From Balanoglossus misakiensis (Eukaryota > Animalia > Hemichordata), in contig CM082578.2 of the NCBI GenBank assembly GCA_040954595.2, positions 11,167,166-11,231,165 on the forward strand: 64,000 bases of DNA. The letters run 5' to 3'. The position numbers and the translations under genes are program-made. The notes beneath the pieces were generated by a model. It did not search any database, was not told the DNA's origin, and saw only the letters and a list, made by a program, of their open reading frames with translations. Of this stretch, positions 41,601-53,618 are shown piece by piece; positions within the stretch are counted from its first letter, which is position 1, and every line of letters starts with the position of its first letter.

Positions 41601-44600
41601 CAAGAGTATTATGAGACTCACTATGCATACTTCGTGTGTCCATTTTAGATGTCGCCGTGCATTACGTCATTTTGAAGTCTCTGAATATTTTGATGACGTA
41701 AAATCGCATCACGATTCCGACACCTCAAGCTGGTGCAATGTCCTTGCTTACCAACTATTTCCATCCGAGTGAATTTAAACTGTATGACTGCTTCTGACTA
41801 TCTAAAAAAGCATCAGCCATTCGGAATCAGTGAGTGGGATGGAAACAGAAATAGCTTAACATTTGAGAAGGCAGTGAATTTATGTAGCTACGGTCTACAC
41901 TCACGTGACTCCCGCTTTTTACTTGCAGGAATCTGGAACACGACAACATCGCCCGAGTATACGGGATGAGTATAAACGAACCTATAAGTTATGTGGTCAG
42001 CGAAGCTGGTATTCACGGTGAGTCCAGCCAGAATCTGAATCTGAAAGAACTGCCAGTGAACACTACTCAAGAGAAGGGATACAACAATTCCATGCTGAAA
42101 TTAATTTGGCGTAATTATCGCGAGAAAAGGGTGCCTTCTTGCAAAACCACTGCTTCTCACTTGGTATATTGCAATTTATAGGGAAAAAATGAATGCGAGG
42201 ACCCGCCGGGCGAAATCTTCACGGTGTCGACACCAGGCATACAGTGGCGCGATAGCACCTCATAGCCTATATATTACTTATTAGACAAATCTCATCGCGA
42301 ATATCCATCACGTTTTGCCATTTATTGCTCTTGCGATAGTCACCATATAGAGGGGTGAAATGTTTATCAAGATGTCGTACGGTCTTGTGGCACGCACAGG
42401 GAGCTGTTATCAGACTCTGAATGTTTCATTTTCTCTCCCCTAAAAGATAGTACATGTACTACTAATAAAACCCGAACGTGTCTTAGCATGCAAAGAACCG
42501 AGTTGTTTTGACAGCTCCAATTGCATCGTATTACACGTAATCTTCGAATTCACCACTTTGTCTGTGCGCGCCCAACGGCTGGGGGACAAACGAAGGCGTA
42601 TCTTCCCCGCTGTAACTCCAGTACCGCCCGTCTTCTTCATCCATTGTGCATTTCTTTTCTTAATTCGCCCAGGCTTTCTGGATGAATATCTTAGACACCA
42701 GGTATCCCTGGAGGACGAAGAATTGGTCGCCATGGCGACGGACGTCTGCCGCGCTCTGGAGTACCTGGAGAGCCAGAAGATTGTCCACAACGAGGTGGTG
42801 CTGGAAAACTGTATCGTCAGCGAGAACAAGATAGTGAAACTGGGCGGATTCCAGTCGGCCAGGTATTCTCGCCAAGATTGATTTTTTTTCGCTCTTTTTG
42901 GTCACGCCCGCCGCTCGTATACGCATGCGCTGAGCGCGGGGGTTCCCGTTGAAAGAATTCGTTGAAAGCGTGCACCGTTTACCATAACAGCACCAACAAT
43001 GAAAATGTTGCCCTTTCCATGATTAAGAGTAAAAATCGCCAGAAAATGTTGGCAATAAAACACCGGGAAATTCTTCGGGTCTCACGAACGTGCCCTGTAT
43101 CTTTCGCGGTTGTAAGTAAACGTTGCTTGGAAATGTTGGGTGGCTTCAAAAGAATTCACCCTCCGAGGCTATCAATTAAAAAAATTCTCTACCATTGAAA
43201 GCCATACATAAATGACATATTGTCATGTTGCATTCCTCTGCTGAAACATAAATTATCGTGTGAAATATTATACTACATATTTTGTATTTCAAACGAAGCT
43301 CATAAATGTGCAAACGCGAATGAATACATCGCTGTATTAATGTCTCTCCCCCTCCCCATTTCTAGTATCCTTAAAGGCGGAACTCCCGTATAAAAGCGCG
43401 AGAGCATGCGAGAGTTGGCATAATGGTGGGAGATTCAAAATCACTAACAACAGAACGGACGTTGTCCATAAAAGACTGTAAATTTAGGTCTACCGATGAT
43501 TTTTTTTGTCTCTTAATTCAGAAAGGAGTGCATGAGTTTATTTAGCACGACATCCGCGGTTTCTGGTGCAATACAATTTGAAAATACTTTCGAAAACCGA
43601 AGATGAAATCATTTTGTCCCTGAGATATGACCGGTATATCGGTACGATTTTCAGTTTGAATTTGCGTGATTGACGTATTATGCAAATCAAAATTGGGCAC
43701 CATTGATACATTTTGGCGTTGATTGCAAAGTGTGCGTGACCTGAAAATAGGGATATGATCATACCAAATTTATCACACATGAACATGCACACATCCATAA
43801 ATTCGGTAGTTCTCTTCTTGGAAATTGTGTTGGTCCTGAAAAGGACCATTTGTATTTGTGTACCAACCGTACAAAGTGAAGAGGGGAACGCCTCATCAGT
43901 GCCATTTATGCCCAACGTTAGACACAGCGGGTAAATTCGGGTAGAGACCACGGACTAGCCAAGACTGCCTATGTGTGGTAACACATTGCGACCAAAAACA
44001 AAATGCACAGGAGTTGACCGAATCTCCGGAAGCCGATGTGCTCATGGACACGGTGTTTACTTCGACGGCTGCTGCATCCGATAGACCGGCAGTGTCCCCC
44101 GCATCAAACTCGCCGGTAGCCGATACCACGCACGGTACTAACTCCCGCGGTCGCAGCAGGTGAACTTATGTGCCCCCGCCGGTCGATGACCGAAAGCTCG
44201 GCAGAGAAAATTGCCAGTGCTTTCTCCTGCTCTTCAGTGACCGCTATCTTGATAATTCGTGTCGACACGATAGATTCAGCTGACAACACGTTCCGCGGGT
44301 ATGTAAGAACTAGCTGGATCGGTGTTTGCTTTTGGCGGGCGCGGGATGCCCATTTGAGGTCAATTGCTGTAACAATATATAGTGGCGTCAGAGCAAGCCA
44401 CGCCCACATTTATTGATTTTTGCTCGGTAGGGCCCTACCGAGCGTTCCGCCTTTAAGTATATAGTGTGACCCCTGTCGTTCAAACAGGAAGTTCAGAAAT
44501 AATTTAATCTGACTCCTTGCTGATTGGTAACTCGGTCGCCGCTCAGTTTCCAGAAATTGATCTCAATCGACCGTGATTCTGATTTTGAAGCAGATGGAAA

Positions 44601-47600
44601 CTACCGCACCGACCGAACAGAGAGCCTGGCAAACTCGCAGGTGTACTTTTCAGTGTTGATTACGATTGTCGACACGTCTTCCCGCGCAAAATCGTCAACT
44701 TCTCTTTCCCAGTGGACACTATGTCTGCGTCACCGAAGTAACCTTGACTTGACAGATTGGTTGATTGACTGACTGACTGACTGATGTACAACGCTGGGGA
44801 AATGCAGGAGATACTTCATTCTCTTCAACTCAAAGAATCATGCGCACCAAAGCAAACACTCGAAAATTGACTTTCTATTTCGAGTCAGGCGGACAGGGAT
44901 AGCGTTTAATACAGGGGGAAAATACGCGTAGCATGTAGTTCAAGTCGAAGCGTCTTTGAGCCAGGAAATATTCACTCTAGTGAATTTATAAAGGTCCGCT
45001 GCGTCTGATTCGACATATAAATCACAACAATTCCTTTGATATTGTAATCGAAAAAATCATACAGCCGCAATCAGCCACACCAGGACGAGAAATTGGTTTG
45101 CGGGTCCTGCGAGTCCGCGGTAATTGCGCTGTGGTGAAGATGGGCCCTTATACGGATTCAACAGTATTGGAGTATGTGATATATGATCACCAGTAAGGGC
45201 CTGGACAGAATTAACAGGAGGGAGGGCTGGTGTTTTTCAAAATCTTTGTTCACGAAAAATAGAGACCTTCCGCAGATTGCACCCGCCCTCCTCCGTTAAT
45301 TCTATCCAGGCTCTAAGAGGAAAACTGTGAGCCAGTCAGCCCATTATGGCGGACCATGAAAATCCAGTCTCAGGTGGCGCCCTCAGCGCTGATTTAATTT
45401 GCCGTTAGCAATGCTCTCAGAGTCTATGTGCCACTTGATTCTCTGAATAAGAGTAATCATCTCTGCATTTTAACTATGAAAGGACTAAAAGAGAAAATTA
45501 CTTGTTTTGTTCACTCTTTGTTTCTGTGTTATTCCTGTCGTTAGGTACGAGTGGAACAAGGATATGCTCAGGATAACCGTAATTCATAAAATACCAATCC
45601 CTGCCCCGGAGGCCAGGAAGGACGGCGAATCGAACGCTGGTGGGTTCAATGGGACAAGTACGAAATCTGACGTCTGGGCTTTTGGTGAGTTCTCGCACAG
45701 AAAGCCAGGATCGGCCATTCGGTTTTAGCGTCAACGTCAACGACGACGATGATGACGATGATCATCGACGACGACGATGGTGATGATCATGTCATAGGGG
45801 ATGACATTCAATGTCTTTTTTTATGCGGTCAATCAACGCGCAAATGAGATCGTGCATGATTTTCGTCATCTTACTGTAATTGGTGATCATGACGTGCAGT
45901 TGATATTAAACATACAATATTGATTGGCCACGTCACTTCCCGGCGACTTCCGATATAGATGGATGACGACACTTCCGAGTGCTTCGAATGGTCGACGCGG
46001 TGACATTGGAACTAACCCGTGCTGAATACAATCATTTGCGGTGTTAAGAAATTATTTGTCACGTTTAGCATGGTAACGTCTTGACAAATATTCAATTCTG
46101 CTCCGACCAACAGAATGTAGGTAATGCTCGTGGGAATAGTTGTAGTGATTACGGATCAGTTCAATTTCACCGATAATCAAAAGTTCAAATGACGGATGCT
46201 AGAGATTAAACGATGTTTAGCGCACCGGCTGCACAGGTTGTGTACAAGGCCGTTCACTTCAATCGCATAGCTGACAGCCGTGAGCGATCGTTGATGCCCG
46301 CCACTCTGTATCCCATAGATTGCCAGGCTTTGACGGGCAAGGTCAGCCGTATGATCGATTCAATGTCAAGCACCGCATTATTATTGACTACGACTGTCAC
46401 GGTTAACAAGCATCGTATTTCCTTGTTATTGTTGAGCGCTGAAAATCAGCCCCCCCCCCCCCCGCCTCCCGAGATCTGAAGCGTCAAAATGAAATATCTT
46501 TCCAAGTCTGCCGTTATCGTCACCGTTATCTATTTCAGATGTGATGTAATTTTCCACCGTGGTCGTTTTAATCAAACCCACATTATTTCCGCCTGTTTTT
46601 TTCCTCCTAGGCCTGCTTCTGTGGATCATATTGCTTAGGAACGAAGTGGACCTTCCGGGAAGAGAAGCCGTGAGTATTTAATTACGAGTGTCACGTCGGT
46701 TCTACCCCGTGCAAAATAACAGACCGGTGATTATTCATTCATCCGGTCCGTCATGATTATATTCTCGTGTGTGTGTTTTGATTTTTGATTTTTTGGATTC
46801 AGGGATGTTCAAAATAGCAACTGGCGGACAACGAATTCGCCGCGAAAACAGGAAGACAATTGATTGCTGTCGATCATCGCCTACGTATCCTAGCGACGAC
46901 AAGTCGCCGCCAAAACGTCGACGCATTCAACTACAAGTGCCAATAACTGTAACTAATACCGACTCAGTAAATCGCTATTGGTCGCAAGAGCGCCATCCAC
47001 GGTTGGAATGTTGGCAGCCATTTGTCAAGGCTCCTGTCATGCAATGAAATTTAACCCAAAAGTACAGCTGCCTTGCCTGGTCCAGGTGTCCCTAAGCAAC
47101 GCAAATTATCCGCTCCGCGATGAAGTAATTTCTTCCAACCTGCCTAAACGTCACCAGTACACTGTTGACCATAACAACATATAATAGCAACAGCGCAAAA
47201 TCAACATTGCACCCGATATTATTTTTTCCACCATTTAATTTCCCCCTGATGAATGATATAGAAAGGGTGATAAGTTAAAAACTTGTTTGATATTTTTCCT
47301 GTTTATTCTATCGTAGATCCTGAATGGTCAGTTTTGGGATTTCCCACAAGTCAGATCGATACAGCTGAAGGATATCATCTGCGCTTGCGTCAAAAGGGTA
47401 GGTAATTAAGCAATGTCATATAACTTTTTGCAACATCGAGTCGGTTCTTTACGCTGCATGCAAAAGAGTAGAATCAGATTTTCAGTTTGCGAGCGGGGTT
47501 GGCAGATAATAACGTTTAATTACACACGTTTGCAATTGGAATCCGGTACAATGATGTAGTGATTTTAAAAATCGTTGCGGCGAAGGCTACGGCCCTGTCT

Positions 47601-50300
47601 CGAAGTCAATGTCACATCCCATCATTTGAATGCCATGTTGATCCAACGGGTTTGCCCGTGGGCTTTGAAAGTCAATGTCTCAGCCAATCGGATTAAAATC
47701 AAATGCATTGATGTTCTCGATGTCCCTTTTTTGCTATAATCGTTCTAATGGTCTATACTTCCGCTGTCCCGCCTCTCGGCGTATCTGTTTTCTGCTGAAC
47801 CCGAAAAATGTGATTAACAAGGGAAACCCCATTCTTAATTTGCAATGTTAGGCTTTAGGGGAATCGTATTACCGGTATCATAGGCATCGCAGTTACAATC
47901 TCTGTCGATCGCATGTTCTATCGTGGCTAATTCAGCCGGCAGTGTATGAAAATTGTAGGCCTAGTGTGCGGTTTCGGATTTCAGTCAACTTTTGATGCAC
48001 TCTATGTAGAGTCTCAGTTTACTCTGCACGTAGTATTTTACAATATTCGCACGATTTCGTGAATAAGTAAAGGTTACGGTGGTCGAGTTTGTAGTTTTGC
48101 GTGGCCATCGGGTTCTAAGATATAAAATCTAGTCTAAGAGTATGTTTGATTCTCTCTCCACGCCCGCAGGAACCGAAGGAACGACCGTCTTTCAAAAGTC
48201 TATTGGGTCATCTTGAATTTATGCTCGAGGGACGAAAGACCATATATGGCAACTTCATTCCCGACACTGCGCATGCCAACAAGGAAGACGTGAGGAAGCA
48301 TAAACAGGGAACGCCGGGTAAGATTGTCCCACCCCCGTATTCTGAATGGGAAATGTCCATACCGTTTTTCTTCGGAAACAATATTTCCTCGCATAGTCTT
48401 CTGACTTCTTGTTAGAGCGTCATTTTCTGTCCACCTGTTCGTGGCCGCCATCTTTGTATGGTCAAAGTTCAAGACCACCTGTTGCTGAGTTTGGAATGTA
48501 AATGTGGCCTTTCGAAACTGTTCGATGGTCAGGATGAATTCATAAACACAAAAGAGCCTGGTCTCTCTCGCCTAAAATACTGTCTTATTCAGTTCCACTA
48601 GCACTGAAGAAAAACCACATGCCTCCTGCAGGGCCATCAAGCAATTTTGAACATACACACTTTGGCCAGCGGTAACGTGTCAGAGCCCCCGTTCCAAGAC
48701 AGGTCTCTTTATTTGATAAGTCAAAACTAAGACATGCGCCTGTGGGTGATGTCAATCCTATTTCAGATCCCCTATCAAACTTATATTTCTTTTTTTATTT
48801 CCTTTTTCTTTCTTGTCGATGATATCAGAATTTCTCAGAGAGAGACGGCGACAGTGGAGAAATTGGTTCTGCAGGGCCAACTACGGGTCGTCGTCCTTCA
48901 AACGCCAATCGTCTCTGCAAGACGACGGAAGTCCGGATCCCAAGTTGCCCTGTAAGCCGCCGGAGAAACACCCGCGGATCAGCGTGCGGAGATGCAGCTC
49001 TGTGAACGACCTGCCGCTGTTGGCAACGCTCGAGGAGGCCAAAAACCACACCCAGAAACTGAACAAGGCTTCGTCGGAGGTCAATGTGTCCAAGTCCCCT
49101 CGCGAGCTGCTCGGCGTTCCCAAGGGGAAACGCGAAAGCAATCTGCCCGGGAAAATATACGACGACATCCTGGACACGGACGAGGATTCCAGCACGCCTG
49201 TGTCGTCGACCGGGTCATTGCCGAATTTGGCGGAGATCGCCCGCATAGAGGAAGCCGCCGCGCTCAACACCAGGCGGAAGAAGAGATCGCTGCGGAGCGG
49301 AATGTTCGCCGCGCACTTGTCGCTGAGCTTCGACGAGAACACTGTGACGGCGCCGCTGATGGAGCAGCTGAGCAACGACAGCGAGTACGACGACCGCGGC
49401 CGCAAATTGACGCTGACGGAGAGCGAGGGGTCGGACGAGAGCAGCCGGGGCGAGAGCAGCAACGGCGGTCCGCTGCGTCAGAAATCGTCGGAGAACGAGG
49501 ACGGCGGCTCCATCGTGCGCTCTCGCAGGAGGCCCGTGCTGCGGAGATCGGTGACCGAGGACAGTCAGAGTGACCCCGAGGAGTTCGGGGGAGTGTGGTA
49601 CATGAGCAACCGTCGGAGCACCAGTTGTGAAACGACCAGCACGGAGACGAGTGAGTCGTTCTCCGAGAAGGAGAAGGACAGGCGGTGGTCGGTGGAGTCG
49701 ACGCACGACGACGGACGAAGCATTGACAGGAGACGGAGATCAAGCATTCTGCTCGCCGATCTCAACAGAGCTCTCGAGGCCTTAGAGAAGACACAGACGA
49801 TCACTGTGCACCCTAACGCCCCCGAAGACGAACGGGAGAAAATGCTGCAGACGATCCGAGAGGAGGAGGAAAAAAGACTGAAGGAAATCGATGAACTGTC
49901 GCTGATGATTCTGCAGAGGGTCGAGAAAGCCGAGATGCGCGCGAAGAGCGCCGAAGACGCGCGGCAGATCGCCGAAACAAAACTTCGACAAGCCGAACTG
50001 AAACTGGCCGAGGTGACGAAACAGGTCGACCGGCGAAAGAGCCGCGACGAGTCCAAGTCTCTCGGGGAAACGCTGATGCCGCTCGCGCGAAAGCTTTCCG
50101 TCGGCATGAAGGACGAAAAGGAGCTTGTCCGCACCAGGCACGAGCTCGAAGCGGCCAAGAGGGACTCGGAAGATGCAAGGCGGAGATTGTTGGAGTCTGA
50201 ATGTAAACTGCACAAACTCGAAAACGAATTACAGGCTGCAAAGGAAGAGCCAAAGATACCCACGAGGCCAAAATTTCTCGAGACGGAATCGAATGTGTAG
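23636..50300 (+). CDS. Tec/Btk-family-derived tyrosine pseudokinase (PH - Btk Zn motif - SH2 - inactive kinase fold - Ser-rich/coiled-coil tail), ~1148 aa, 18 coding exons
   Basis: Phase-consistent GT-AG exons: 23636-23911, 31867-31965, 32197-32299, 34642-34796, 35202-35365, 35902-35956, 36097-36152, 36557-36681, 37622-37669, 39017-39084, 40322-40440, 41929-42017, 42673-42862, 45545-45684, 46611-46669, 47317-47397, 48170-48317, 48829-50300 (sum 3447 nt). PH end DRQEWLTAIRK. Btk motif YHGGIYHSGVWTCCRHHSKTHAGC. SH2 PWFYS..GCFLVRQ..FGDVIELIEYY. Kinase LEHDNI, LEYLESQKIVH, APE, STKSDVWAFGLLLW, PKERPSF. The ATG directly follows an acceptor AG, so upstream (UTR or coding) exons are likely. Confidence 0.9.
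26671..26790. repeat. Compound pentanucleotide microsatellite (TGTTG)n(TGTTC)n
   Basis: About 12 TGTTG units followed by about 11 TGTTC units, in intron 1 of the kinase-like gene. Confidence 0.97.
29560..29573. promoter_or_regulatory. RFX X-box (GTTACCATGGCAAC)
   Basis: Consensus match to GTTNCCATGGNAAC. A CRE (TGACGTCA, 29215) and TATAAA (29261) lie nearby. Confidence 0.45.
30025..30073. repeat. Trinucleotide microsatellite (GGC)2(GGT)n(GAT)n
   Basis: Direct reading; intronic. Confidence 0.9.
33927..33982. repeat. 21-bp inverted repeat/hairpin, probably a transposon remnant
   Basis: AGTGTCCCTGGGCCTGAGTGG ... CCACTCTGGCCCAGGGACACT, 1 mismatch, ~14-nt loop. Confidence 0.7.
40461..40502. repeat. 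(TTCA)n microsatellite
   Basis: About 10 units just after the exon 11 donor. Confidence 0.93.
43375..44452 (-). mobile_element. Internally deleted Kolobok-like DNA transposon (~1078 bp) with a remnant of a small Cys-rich ORF
   Basis: TTAA|AGGCGGAAC ... GTTCCGCCT|TTAA: TTAA TSD with purine-start termini is Kolobok-type rather than piggyBac. Perfect 22-bp palindrome GCTCGGTAGGGCCCTACCGAGC at 44422-44443. Minus ORF 43896-44129 ends CAFCFWSQCVTTHRQSWL-VRGLYPNLPAVSNVGHKWH. Confidence 0.75.
45197..45313. mobile_element. Short Harbinger-type MITE (117 bp)
   Basis: TAA|GGGCCTGGACAGAATTAACAGGAGGGAGGGC ... GCCCTCCTCCGTTAATTCTATCCAGGCTC|TAA: imperfect ~30-bp TIRs with TAA TSD. Confidence 0.75.
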
Positions 50301-53300
50301 CTAGAAATAATTGAACTTGGCACAGTCACTTAGCAAAAGAAATTAAAGAAAAACACTGACAAAGGTCGTAGTTTTACATACTTGTTGGTAGAACATAGAA
50401 CACCTTGAAAAGCTGCCGATAGTTTTATCCTGAGAAGGCGCGTCGATAACGCCACATGTATATCATGTGAGGGTCTAAAATGTCATCCGTAAAAGTCGCT
50501 TTCCATCGTAAGAGGGCGCCGAAACCGCCACCTTTATTCAACGTTGTTTCGCACCTGGCTTTTTGTGTGAGAAGTGTTAAATTCACCTGTCAACTTGTTA
50601 TAAGCCTAAAGGGCTAAATTGTCGCCCGCAGGTCCAATGCTGTCCACCCTGTAGGAAAGCCTTTGTCCTGTCCGGGCCAATCATATGATCATACATGCGT
50701 AATTTAGTTTATGCCGGGCAGAATGTAATAGGCGCTAGATGACGACAGCAAAAGGCAAACTTTGGCGTTTCATTCCCCTTAATAAAATTTACTTTGGAGA
50801 TTGTCCCTTCGAGGAAAATGCATTTAATATAAATCGAGAAGAAATAAATTCGGCAAAAATAACTTTGGCACATTTTGCATAGATCTAAATGACGGCTATC
50901 CCTACATCAATTTTAACTCGATCGATGACCCGCTATTTGCACGCGGTACAAGAAGCGTTATGTTGAAAGAAAGAAATATTCTCAGGATCTGCCTTCAGAC
51001 GTGCACCATGAGATTCTCCAAGGCATATATTTTAATAGGTCCGAGATTCATTGACAGTCTAGTTGCGACATGCAGTAAAAAATAAACACCATCTTGGGGA
51101 GCTCGCTGTCTCGTTGGATGAAATTAAATGGAATTGAAACCCTCGGGGTGCCGCAGTTTTTCCCTTCTTGCGTGGATACATTGGGCTCGGAGACCGGTTT
51201 GGTATTTGAACAGGTGATGCAGCTTGGAGGAAGGCGGCGGTGGTTACAGTGCCCTGCGTATAAATGTAATCCCAAACAAAAAAATAATTGAATGAGAGTA
51301 TGGTGTACTCAGCCCCACTCCATATAATTGACATTGATAAATATATTAGAGTGATATATATATTTTAACATATAATATCACAATTACCACAAGTTCACAA
51401 TCTGAGGGTGAAAATGTTGAAGAAATAATCATTGAATGCAATCAATATGGCTTAGAACGACTGTTCCCATGGCAATCCCGTTGCCATGCCAACAAGCCAA
51501 ACTAAAACCATATGCCTTTCACTTGTACATTACTGGGATTTTTTGTATTAATAACACAATTTACAACGAGTCAATATTATTTGAGAGAAAAAAAACAGTA
51601 CAGGCCTAGGATACATGGTGAGTACCTTCTGAAAAAATTATAGTTTATTAGAAACGATGTGATGTGACCGCTCCACCAACTCCCACCCACCCCCGAAAGC
51701 CCCTCCCTCCCCCTGAGAATCACTTGCACGTGAAACAGTACATCTTTCATAACATAAGCCAATGGTGTTGGATACCTACATTTTGTGTACATTTGAAAAA
51801 TAGATGTATATACGAATAGTTCGTGATTTCATGTCAATTAATACATTTTGAAGGAAAAAGTATTTCAGCATTAAAGTCTCAAATTATTTACACCATGTAT
51901 CATAGGAGTTGTAATTTCACAAGCTTTTTGTAAGTGAGTATAAATAGAAATTGAATGATCACCCTTTTTTGACAAAATTCACTGTATATTAATTATTGTT
52001 ATTTATATTTATATATTTACATCAAGTTAGATCTGTCGATAGATTAAAGAAATGGTGATTATAGCACGATTAGTTCCTTAATTTATGGGTTCGATCTAAA
52101 AAAGGTAATTATTGTTCACCCTCGGTTAATGTACTGAATAAAGTACAAAGTGGCCAGTTCTACTTTTAATCTCATAGATTTCCATCACAAAAACGAAAGT
52201 ACCCTCACGTTGGGAGATTTGTACAGTGGTTTTGTTGCTTTGTATGATCTTGAGATTTTATCACAAACCTTTCGGTGCACGTGTTGCTGACTTTGGTAAT
52301 AAAATATTTACTGACCGACAACACCAGCCGAGTGTTCCCGAGTTTTCCTTTCCCCTTGTCAAAATGGGAGATAGTTATGTGATTTTTAACTCTGGTGCGC
52401 TAGATTACGTTCTCAACCCGGTTCAGTTCTCACAAACTAGTTACAAGGGCCCCATTTGACACACACAACCAACTTCCTATCCACTGCACTGAATTCCTGT
52501 CAGGACTACCTGTGATTATCCCACCGTCCGATTGTGGAGCCCCAGAAAACGATACTCGGCCCTAAAGTAACCAATGCAGAAAAACCACACACAATAAAAC
52601 AAACGGCTCACGATGGTCTTTTTCACTTTATTTCGTTGGGCAAAGATGAGTTAAATGATGCAGCTTGCCATGAGCTGAAATATATTCTGTTTATACGATG
52701 AAGAAGTTTGAGATCTGTAACACGGGTACATGCAGATGCGTCACCGCCAATGCCAGTTTTCAACTGCGAGGGCAGTGTCTGTGAGCAGTATGACAGTCAA
52801 TGACCTTTGGAGAAGGTCACAGCTCAATTCGGTAGCAGATGTATACAGTTGTCATTGCTATGGAATGGTTCACTCACAAGAATGATGTGGAAACTTCAAG
52901 ATATCAGAATGTACGAAAGAAACAACTTGGTGGCAGAAATCCTTCAACCACAAATTATTATGAAAGAACATCACCGATCAGATAAAAAAATTAAAATTAA
53001 ATTGATTCATTTCCATAATTCTGTGTGCTTGAGAGCATCGAGGCTCAATTTTGTGCGCGCCAGAGAAACGGTATCTCGACACCGCTGTCCCCCTCTCTCT
53101 CCTCTCCCTCCTCTCTTGCAATTGCAATGACTTCTTCTGACTGACTCTGTTTTGATTTTCACCTGATAAAATAAATGGACGCTCCATTTCGACCGGCAAT
53201 TCCAGAAACCCAACCCTTTCACCACCATGGTCCAGTCCAAACCCATTGTTTTTCTATGATAAGGTTGGACCTCCAAAGAGGGAACTGGGGGTGAAAGGGT

Positions 53301-53618
53301 TAAAGAACACTTCCAAATATAAGAGACCTAAACTACTCCTCACCACAACACATGGAACTGTACCTCTGGCATTGCAGACAGCTCTTTACATTGTATCTGC
53401 CAGGCGCATAGCAAAAAGCTTTACGCTATGCGGCAGAATCATTTCCGAGCTGCCTGGTTGACTGTATAGTTTGCCATGGAAACTTCTGTACGATTCATAT
53501 CCAGAAGAATTTGGCCAAAAACATGTTTTCAATAAGAATGTAGACCTTTATGCGCAGATCAAAAAACTGATGTGGTGTTTGCATCTTGAATAATTGTAAT
53601 TGAATTATAAATTATTTT

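Noticed and set aside
23636-50300. Calling the kinase-like gene a pseudogene, or assigning BTK/TEC
   Set aside because: All exons are open and phase-compatible. Divergence and architecture preclude an orthologous symbol without a phylogeny.
48825-50329. Several long overlapping or antisense ORFs (up to 254 aa)
   Set aside because: Shadow ORFs of the GC-rich, low-complexity terminal exon with no recognisable protein features.
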